DNA from: Alphaproteobacteria bacterium | Lineage (GTDB): Bacteria; Pseudomonadota; Alphaproteobacteria; Rs-D84 | Assembly (NCBI GenBank): GCA_017472065.1 | Contig: JAFURB010000017.1 | Location: 5,887-69,886, forward strand | Reading direction: 5' to 3' | DNA length: 64,000 bases | Shown here: positions 9,946-17,473 of the stretch, in pieces | Layout of the letters: every line of letters starts with the position of its first letter | Position numbering within the stretch: the first letter of the stretch is position 1 | Translations under genes and position numbers: made by a program | The notes under the pieces: generated by a model | The model's database searches: none | Seen by the model: only the letters and a program-made list of their open reading frames with translations | Told to the model about the DNA's origin: nothing

Positions 9946-11526
9946 CTAGAATTTAATATTCAACCCAACACGAACCCCCAACGACTTAAAGAAGGAATCA
10001 ATTTCATCATCAATTGTATCCTTCCACCCATTGGAACGAACCTGATTAATATAAACCGCATCTGGATCTGGGGCATATTCTATGCCATCCTGAACAAAAC
10101 CATTTAACATATAGTTTTCACCATATTCCACCCCAAATTCAGCATTATACCCGGCCAACAAAGAATCATACAGCGCCTGATAATATTCTGGATTCAGATA
10201 TGTTGTCGCATCTGCACCACCAACACTGTAATAATCATATGTGATACCCAGTGTCAACGCAACTTTATCCGTCAGTGCTGTGCGCCAATTCGCCCCCAGT
10301 CCCAGGTGGAACGCACTGCCAAATCCCGCTTCGTCTTCAATTGATTTTGGATGTTGCCACTCGCTACGATATGGTTGATCGGCGGTTGCATTATACGATG
10401 GCAATCCTAATTCCACGCGGGCCGTTACTGCATTATTTTGATTAATATCATACAGCATATCAAACGCCAAATATGGCCCCGTCCATGTTACTTCATAAGA
10501 GTGACTAATATCTGATTGATGGAAATAAAATGACTCCATTGTATCCACATAGTCCCCATTTGCATTATCCAATGGGATACCAACAACATCCGCATAACTG
10601 TCACCGTTTATATCAATATATTCAAACTGTCCAAATGTATATTGAACCACGGTATCATCACCAGAACCCAAAACCTTAAAGAACGCAATTGCAGGCCAAC
10701 ACTGGGTCATACCACCATCGGTAATACACCCGTTATTTCCATCAATTGTATCAATTTTCATACCGTAATTATTAGATGTTTCCACCTTATACTTCAAATG
10801 TCGCCAACCAATCGATGGTGTAATTTTAACCTTGCCCCAGGTAAAGAAATCCTTTAATCCAATTCCTGCACGCAATCCCAACATATCACCATCTTTGCTT
10901 TCACCAACCGACAGCGCATGCCCATATTCCATATAAGAAACATCTTTATCTGTATCATCTGGCCATATGGCAACTTCGAACCCGCCATTGGTAACATCGT
11001 CGTCAATCATCGTGCCATTACCCATCTGAATACCATATTCCAATCCGGCTTCCAGTGTTAATGCGGTATTACCTGCCATAAAGTCATATCCAGCATTTAT
11101 ATCAAAAACACCCCACGACAAATTATCATAACGCAATATAGATCCTGCACTAGCCATATCAAATTGCCACATACCCGTTTTATATGACAAGCCTGTATCT
11201 ACATGAAACCCATTTGATTTATTGGCCGCGACCGGCTGTTGCGCCGACGAACGATTTTGTTGGGCCACATTACGGGCATTTTGCCCATATCGATTTGCAT
11301 ATGACGAATACCCCGTTGTGTTATAGCCTGCCGAACTATACCGTGCCTGATTATATGCCGACACACCCGATGTACTGCGTGTTGCCGTATTTGAAAACGC
11401 CGATGAATTATAACGTGTCTGGGGCGACTGATATGTACCATTATAATATGTTCCCGCCGCATTTACCGCAACCGGCATCAAGACCAGCAAAGAACATCCA
11501 CACAAAATTTTTGACCACTTTTTCAT
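9946..11526 (-). CDS. outer-membrane beta-barrel protein (526 aa) with S/Y/N/R/Q-rich N-terminal low-complexity region
   Basis: Signal peptide MKKWSKILCGCSLLVLMPVAVNA. C-terminal ...VRVGLNIKF with terminal Phe, typical of OMPs. Confidence 0.7.
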   Translation of the reverse strand: MKKWSKILCGCSLLVLMPVAVNAAGTYYNGTYQSPQTRYNSSAFSNTATRSTSGVSAYNQARYSSAGYNTTGYSSYANRYGQNARNVAQQNRSSAQQPVAANKSNGFHVDTGLSYKTGMWQFDMASAGSILRYDNLSWGVFDINAGYDFMAGNTALTLEAGLEYGIQMGNGTMIDDDVTNGGFEVAIWPDDTDKDVSYMEYGHALSVGESKDGDMLGLRAGIGLKDFFTWGKVKITPSIGWRHLKYKVETSNNYGMKIDTIDGNNGCITDGGMTQCWPAIAFFKVLGSGDDTVVQYTFGQFEYIDINGDSYADVVGIPLDNANGDYVDTMESFYFHQSDISHSYEVTWTGPYLAFDMLYDINQNNAVTARVELGLPSYNATADQPYRSEWQHPKSIEDEAGFGSAFHLGLGANWRTALTDKVALTLGITYDYYSVGGADATTYLNPEYYQALYDSLLAGYNAEFGVEYGENYMLNGFVQDGIEYAPDPDAVYINQVRSNGWKDTIDDEIDSFFKSLGVRVGLNIKF

Positions 11527-11621
11527 ATTAAACCCTTTCCCTTTAGAATTTATATCAAATAAATTATATCATAAAAAGGTTGAAAAAAAAATCTGTTATT
11601 GCAAAAATGTGACAACCTTTT

Positions 11622-11707
11622 GCGGCCATGGCGGAATTGGTAGACGCGCAGCACTAAGGATGCTGTGGACAAAATCCTTGGGGGTTCGATTCCCCCTGGC
11701 CGCACCA
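11622..11707 (+). tRNA. tRNA-Leu, anticodon AAG (A34)
   Basis: Cloverleaf GCGGCCA/TGGCCGC acceptor, long variable arm, GGTTCGATTCC T-arm, encoded CCA. Anticodon stem CAGCA/TGCTG with loop CTAAGGA, anticodon at 11656..11658. Confidence 0.85.
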
Positions 11708-11709
11708 TT

Positions 11710-11737
11710 TCATATCTCATATCTCATATCTCATATT
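11710..11737. repeat. heptanucleotide tandem repeat (TCATATC) about 4 copies
   Basis: tcatatc tcatatc tcatatc tcatatt, starting 2 nt after the tRNA-Leu 3' end and upstream of giant Cys-rich gene A. Confidence 0.8.
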
Positions 11738-11784
11738 TCGCTTGCCCCGATTTTCTGAAATTTGCTACACTATCACACATAAGG

Positions 11785-14700
11785 ATGAAGGGAATTAAGA
11801 TAATTTTTGCCGTATGCCTTGCGTTGCTTGGGATTAGTGACGCGTGGGCCACGGATTCTGATGACGCAGTACGCGCCGCTACGCGTCGTGGTGAAACAAA
11901 TACGGTTACATCTGCACGCAAAAAAACTAATACCCCGGCGGTTTCATCAAATGTAAATGCGGTCACACGCGTTACAAATGCAACCGCAAAACAGGCACAA
12001 ACAATGCGCGAACGCGCAACAACACCCCGCACTGGCAATAATGTGTTAACACGCACATCAACGCCACAAAATAATAAACAGGTATCTGCCCGCACAGCAA
12101 CCAACATATCGTCACGCGCAACGACAACCGATGGCACAAAAAAAACAACCACATCACGACACGCATCGCCTGCGCGCGCCGCGACACGCACACCAACAAC
12201 CACCATCCGAACCAGCACGGCTGCACGCAACGCATCGCGTCGCACATCAATCGCACGCAGTGCCACAACCGACACCGCAAATCTGCGTGATGTGGTAATG
12301 AACGCAAATCACAAAGAATGTCGCGATGTCTTTTACAATTGTATGGATGAATTCTGCGCGAACAAAGACAGTCAACTAAAACGTTGTGCATGTTCGTCAC
12401 GCCTGCATGAATTTGACGGCATAAAAAAACAATTGGCCGTCGTCGAAGATAAAATGTTGGATTTTTCCCAACGTCTTTTAACGGTCAGTATGGATGCCGA
12501 AGATGCGGCCGCCCTGAACATCGCCACCGAAGGGGAACTGGCATTTAACCAAAAAGATACATCCGAATCAAAAAAATTATTGGATGAAATTGCAAAGAAA
12601 TTAAACACTAAATTTGATGACGATTCATTTGACAGAAACCTGACCGCAATATCATTGTCCTTGAACGAAGATGCGGCATTTGACAATGTTGATTCTTTGA
12701 TGGGGGCATCTACGACATTAAAGACCGGCACTGAATTACATGCGGCGGCCCTGCCGGTGTGTCGCGAAATGGCGGCCGAGGTTTGCACCCCCGACCAACT
12801 GGCCATTGCCGAAAGCGGTTATAAAATGATGATTGAACAAGACTGTAATACGGTAAAAAAATCGTATCAATCCCAAACAGATGCCGCCCGCACCAAGGTT
12901 ATGGAAAGCAGCGCGTTACTGGACATGTCGCGCCTAAACACATACCAAGATAGAAATTCAGACGACATATTAACATGCAAACGCAAAATGCTGGATATGT
13001 TAAGTGACACATCGGTCTGTGGTAAAAACCTGGCAAAGTGCTTGGATACAACGGGGCAATATATCAACCCATCAACCGGCGATGCGTTTTTAACCACCAA
13101 TTTGGCAAATCTAAGTACACTTATTAAACGACCAGATGCAAATAACACATGGACCAGCATGCCTGGCAACGAACGTTTTGTGCAACACTTAAATTCAAAA
13201 AAGACATATCTGGAACCTGCGATGGAACATTGCCAAGACATTGCAGATTCTGTGTGGGACGATTTTATCGAAGATGCGTTGGCACAAATAAAACTGGCCC
13301 AGGATGCCAAACTAGAAGAAGTTCGCCAATCATGCACCACACTTACCACACAATGTTTATCTGACACTGCTAAATCATTAACAGATTTTGATGCACGCGC
13401 CCTGTCAACATTTGGTGTTATCGCAGATATGACTGTAAACGCCATGTGTGCTGATGTAAAAACTGCATGTACTGCATTACTGGAAACAACCGGTGGCGGC
13501 ACAGATTGGGCGGGTGGCATGACAGAAATCGCCACCGACACAACATATGAGACAATAATTCAGACATGCCGCGAGGTTGGCCGTGCATGCATTGTTCAAA
13601 ATTGCCGTTCCATTTCTGGCAACTTTGGTCTGTGTGAAAACATTGAAACATCCGTTAATCGCAAGGCAATTATTCGTGGCACATCCTGCTGGGACGATGT
13701 TTTGAAATGCGTTGCCGATGCCGGCGCCGATTCGATTGAAAAAATTACAGCGCAATTGTCATCACGCAAAATCATCCCCGGTCCAGAAAACATTATCAAC
13801 GACGGCGATGAAATTATATCAACAACAACACCGCTTTATTCATTTTATAGTGAACTCTACGACATAACCATTGATGGTAAAAAATATGCTGCCCTGTCAA
13901 GCGACATCAGTGGCAACGGATACGATATTGCCAACTGCAGAATTTCTGGTGTAACCGTCACGGACGATAACGGTAATGAAACAAAATATGAACCAATGCG
14001 TTGTGTATACGACATGTGTGTTGCCAAGGGACAATGTGCCACAACCTATAATGACACATCAACCAAATGCAAAACATGTCGCATTGCCGAACGTATTTGG
14101 GGACATTGCGAAATGGATCCAATAACCCAATTACCTGGTGCAGACGAACACAATCAAATCTTGGCCCCATCTAATCGTGACGAAACAACATTATTATATT
14201 GGTTTGCACTAAATACCGGCACGGAAAATATGGCTGACTCTTGTCGCGACACATCATGCGGCCCCGGCGAAATGTTTAGCGCCACAAAAAATCAATGTAT
14301 CTCTGTCGAAGCAATCAGTAACGATGGCACCGAATGCGAATCCAGAAATCGTATCGCCGTCCCAGGTGCCCAGACAAATTGTTGCAGTGCAACATCAAAA
14401 GATTCGTGGGGCAATTGCTGTGGTGGTGTATTAAAAACACAAATCGCAGGATTCGATGCATCTATAACAGATTCGTATTTTGCCACACTGGACAAAACAC
14501 AAACAACAAACAACAACTACAAGATATGTATCCCAAGTGAGACACAAATCAATTTTGTTGTACAATTTGCCCCATCGGATACCACATATTATACGCTTGG
14601 TCGAAATATACTTGTATGTCTGGGTGATTTATCTGATGGTGGCGATACAAGTGGTGCGTTCCCATCGGGCGACACAATTGAATGTAACGGTCAATACATG

Positions 14701-14919
14701 GTTATAAACCTAGATTCTGGCATGTATTATGCCCCAACCCCATCTGCCCCGTCACCAAACATGTCATACAAAATTGATAATGGTTCGACAACATGCACCC
14801 TTGGGTATGACACATCAACCAACACATGGACATGGACACAAAGTGGTACCGGCGAAACATCATGCACGACATCAATGCCATCCGCAAATGATGGTTGGGG
14901 ACTAATGATACAATACTAG
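11785..14919 (+). CDS. giant secreted cysteine-rich protein, paralog A (1044 aa)
   Basis: Signal peptide MKGIKIIFAVCLALLGISDAWA. T/S/R/A-rich spacer. Signature CRDVFYNCMDEFCANKDSQLKRCACSS at 12319..12393. The ORF-track start 11665 lies inside the tRNA and is rejected. Confidence 0.8.
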   Translation: MKGIKIIFAVCLALLGISDAWATDSDDAVRAATRRGETNTVTSARKKTNTPAVSSNVNAVTRVTNATAKQAQTMRERATTPRTGNNVLTRTSTPQNNKQVSARTATNISSRATTTDGTKKTTTSRHASPARAATRTPTTTIRTSTAARNASRRTSIARSATTDTANLRDVVMNANHKECRDVFYNCMDEFCANKDSQLKRCACSSRLHEFDGIKKQLAVVEDKMLDFSQRLLTVSMDAEDAAALNIATEGELAFNQKDTSESKKLLDEIAKKLNTKFDDDSFDRNLTAISLSLNEDAAFDNVDSLMGASTTLKTGTELHAAALPVCREMAAEVCTPDQLAIAESGYKMMIEQDCNTVKKSYQSQTDAARTKVMESSALLDMSRLNTYQDRNSDDILTCKRKMLDMLSDTSVCGKNLAKCLDTTGQYINPSTGDAFLTTNLANLSTLIKRPDANNTWTSMPGNERFVQHLNSKKTYLEPAMEHCQDIADSVWDDFIEDALAQIKLAQDAKLEEVRQSCTTLTTQCLSDTAKSLTDFDARALSTFGVIADMTVNAMCADVKTACTALLETTGGGTDWAGGMTEIATDTTYETIIQTCREVGRACIVQNCRSISGNFGLCENIETSVNRKAIIRGTSCWDDVLKCVADAGADSIEKITAQLSSRKIIPGPENIINDGDEIISTTTPLYSFYSELYDITIDGKKYAALSSDISGNGYDIANCRISGVTVTDDNGNETKYEPMRCVYDMCVAKGQCATTYNDTSTKCKTCRIAERIWGHCEMDPITQLPGADEHNQILAPSNRDETTLLYWFALNTGTENMADSCRDTSCGPGEMFSATKNQCISVEAISNDGTECESRNRIAVPGAQTNCCSATSKDSWGNCCGGVLKTQIAGFDASITDSYFATLDKTQTTNNNYKICIPSETQINFVVQFAPSDTTYYTLGRNILVCLGDLSDGGDTSGAFPSGDTIECNGQYMVINLDSGMYYAPTPSAPSPNMSYKIDNGSTTCTLGYDTSTNTWTWTQSGTGETSCTTSMPSANDGWGLMIQY

Positions 14920-14927
14920 GACACAAA

Positions 14928-16298
14928 ATGAAGCATTTAACATACGCAACTATTTTTGTACTGATGACAATGCAACCGTTGATGGCAGCAACCAATACAT
15001 CTTGCGAAAGCATTAACACAGAACACAACAGTTGTGCAAGTATCGCAGGCTGTATGGCCGACCAAGAAAATCCTGGCACATGTATGGCATGTCCAGCTGG
15101 TAAATACGGTGCCGGGTGTACAAAATCATGCACCGCACATTACACATATAATTCTGGATGCGACGGGTGTGAATGGGGATACACAGGCGAAGGTTTTATA
15201 GATAACACTTGCTCTTGGTATGCGAATTGTCCTGCTGGATACTATTGGTCTGATGATTCTGGATGCCAGCCATGCGCTTCTGATGAATTTACACCAGACA
15301 AAACCGAAGTTGAATATTGGGGCGAAGAAATCACAAACACAGGCTACGTTTCATGCCAGAAATGCGGTGCATACTCAACAGGTATAAAACGCTACAATAC
15401 CAGCGATTCTGGTGGATGCAAATGCAACTTGGGATACCATGTACCAAATTCCAGGGAAGATGATAAAGAAACCTACACCGGTGAAGATTGTGTTCCCGCT
15501 ACATACCGAATCAGAATTTATAAAAATCATCCAGAGAATGAAAATGACGACGAATACATCACACTGTACGTGCGTTATGGAAAAAACGGCTTTGTCCAAG
15601 GCACCCCAACCGACGACAACAACCGTGATTCTTGGTTTGAATCAGCCTCTAAAACAAACGTCGTGCCAAATATTGATGATGGTACAAATTATAAATACCA
15701 AATAAATGAATACACAGACACCAAATGCGGTGTTGACGACTGTCCAGAAGACCCCACACTAATGCCTGGTGATGTTTATTCCGCACCCATCACGGACTTT
15801 ACAAGCGATACAGATTTGTATGCATGCTATAAGACAAAAACATATTCCATTATGTATCTCAGTGACCCCCAATCAACTGGCACACACCAAATTAGTCAAC
15901 TTACATATAACACACCACTACAATCAGCCATGGATATAGAAGATGTTTATGAACACGCCCCACATTTTTACGATCGGTGGGATGGAAAAATATTTTCGCA
16001 TTGGTCATGCCATGCATCAACATGTGATGACACAGAAATACACCCCGGCGATCCAATTCCAGAACCAAACGCCCCATACCCACAAACCCAATTAATCGCG
16101 GTTTTGAAAGACTGCGGTACTGGAAAGTATTGCAAAAACAATGAAGAAGATTACTGTCCCGCCGGCACAACAACCCTAATCACAACCGCGACCAGCGAAG
16201 CAGCATGCAAATTAACCAACAAAACAAAGTTCAAAGATAATACAGACCTGATTTTTAGTTTACCTATTTCAGATTCTACAACGATTTCTATAAAATAA
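14928..16298 (+). CDS. secreted cysteine-rich repeat protein (456 aa), partner of paralog A
   Basis: Starts 8 nt after the stop of A. Signal peptide MKHLTYATIFVLMTMQPLMA. Motifs CMACPAGKYGAGC, NCPAGYYW, CQKCGAYSTG, CPAGTTTLITTATSEAAC. F-x-x-W repeat resembling Listeria-Bacteroides-type repeats. Confidence 0.75.
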   Translation: MKHLTYATIFVLMTMQPLMAATNTSCESINTEHNSCASIAGCMADQENPGTCMACPAGKYGAGCTKSCTAHYTYNSGCDGCEWGYTGEGFIDNTCSWYANCPAGYYWSDDSGCQPCASDEFTPDKTEVEYWGEEITNTGYVSCQKCGAYSTGIKRYNTSDSGGCKCNLGYHVPNSREDDKETYTGEDCVPATYRIRIYKNHPENENDDEYITLYVRYGKNGFVQGTPTDDNNRDSWFESASKTNVVPNIDDGTNYKYQINEYTDTKCGVDDCPEDPTLMPGDVYSAPITDFTSDTDLYACYKTKTYSIMYLSDPQSTGTHQISQLTYNTPLQSAMDIEDVYEHAPHFYDRWDGKIFSHWSCHASTCDDTEIHPGDPIPEPNAPYPQTQLIAVLKDCGTGKYCKNNEEDYCPAGTTTLITTATSEAACKLTNKTKFKDNTDLIFSLPISDSTTISIK

Positions 16299-16325
16299 AT
16301 CCCACATTTTGTGGGATTTTTTTTC
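16299..16325. terminator. bidirectional intrinsic terminator
   Basis: atcccac-atttt-gtgggat followed by T8; lies between convergent genes. Confidence 0.75.
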
Positions 16326-16326
16326 G

Positions 16327-16848
16327 TTAAAACAATCTAATCGTTTCAATTGCGCTTTTTATTGCCTGCATCTGCAGCGGCCCAAATCGCCCCAGAACCC
16401 AATCCGCTGGATTCATCGGCAAATCAAAATCACGTGGATGACCGATACCAATTCTTATTCGTTTATAGTCACGCCCGATATTTGCATCAATTGATTTTAT
16501 ACCGTTATGACCGGCACTGCCACCACCAGTCTTTTCGCGTATATTTCCAATTGCCAAATCCATATCATCATGAATTACGATAACATTTTCAACTGGCACC
16601 TTGTAAAATGTCATCAATGCCAATACCGCAACCCCACTGTTATTCATATATGTTTGCGGTTTAACAAAAATCACACGCACCCCGTCCATATTCGTCGCAT
16701 ACACGTGTGCATTTTTTTCCTTTTTCCATGTTGCATCATCACCGGCCAAATAATCCACCGCCATAAATCCAACATTGTGACGCGTGTTCGTATATTCCGT
16801 CCCGGGATTACCCAGTCCAACGACCAAAATCGGTTTATTTTCTTGCAT
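16327..16848 (-). CDS. pth: peptidyl-tRNA hydrolase
   Basis: LVVGLGNPGTEYTNTRHNVGFM N-terminal signature; size 173 aa. Confidence 0.9.
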   Translation of the reverse strand: MQENKPILVVGLGNPGTEYTNTRHNVGFMAVDYLAGDDATWKKEKNAHVYATNMDGVRVIFVKPQTYMNNSGVAVLALMTFYKVPVENVIVIHDDMDLAIGNIREKTGGGSAGHNGIKSIDANIGRDYKRIRIGIGHPRDFDLPMNPADWVLGRFGPLQMQAIKSAIETIRLF

Positions 16849-16895
16849 ATCAATAACTCTTTTTTTTATTATAATATCACAGAAAGGAGCAAAAT

Positions 16896-17447
16896 ATGAA
16901 AATAAAATCCATCGCTTTTCTTAGCACGGCCACAATCATGATGATGACAGGCCACGCAAACGCCAATTTATTATTTGATATTTATGGTGGCGCGACCATG
17001 GGTGTTGGCGCATCTGCGCGATTATTGGACGACCATTTCTATGACCACGGCGCACAAAGTTATGGCGCGTTATTTGGTGTTGACCTGCCCCTGTTCCGGG
17101 TCGAAGCCGAATATAACTACCTGAGCGGTCATGACACAAAAATCAATCTGGGCATGGTAAATGCATATTTCAAGATTCCAACCCCGGTATTAAAGCCATA
17201 TTTTGGTGCTGGTATTGGTACAACATTTGATTCTAAATTTGAACCATCGGTCGGTTCTGCGATTACGATGGACGATGTCATCACATACCAAGGTATGTTG
17301 GGATTAACCCTGGATTTACCAGTTATTCCGGTCAAATTCGACATCGAAGGTCGCATTTTATACGCCAACAATGTGTACAAAGTTATCGATGATGCCGTCG
17401 ATGTTATGCATTATGATGCGCGTGTAAAACTGCGCTATATATTCTAA
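16896..17447 (+). CDS. small outer-membrane beta-barrel protein (8-strand OmpA-like/Omp25-like)
   Basis: Signal peptide ending HANA. Ends RVKLRYIF. AAAGGAG RBS. Confidence 0.65.
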   Translation: MKIKSIAFLSTATIMMMTGHANANLLFDIYGGATMGVGASARLLDDHFYDHGAQSYGALFGVDLPLFRVEAEYNYLSGHDTKINLGMVNAYFKIPTPVLKPYFGAGIGTTFDSKFEPSVGSAITMDDVITYQGMLGLTLDLPVIPVKFDIEGRILYANNVYKVIDDAVDVMHYDARVKLRYIF

Positions 17448-17473
17448 GGGCTTGGTATTATTCGGGGTAAAAT

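Noticed and set aside
11665-11784. N-terminal extension of the ORF-track entry 11665..14919 (starts MDKILGGSIPPGRT...)
   Set aside because: It starts at a GTG inside tRNA-Leu and reads through the tRNA 3' half and the heptamer repeat. The ATG at 11785 is immediately followed by a signal peptide.
11724-12400. Minus-strand ORFs 11724..12275 and 11972..12400 (V/R/A-rich)
   Set aside because: They are mirror-image read-through of the T/S/R/A low-complexity coding tract of paralog A, with no start context. The same artefact occurs at 59373..60029 opposite paralog D.
11708-16325. Genomic island integrated at the tRNA-Leu 3' end (A + A' genes)
   Set aside because: I saw no integrase, no direct repeat of the tRNA 3' end at the far border, and paralogs of the cargo are scattered among core genes elsewhere in the window.
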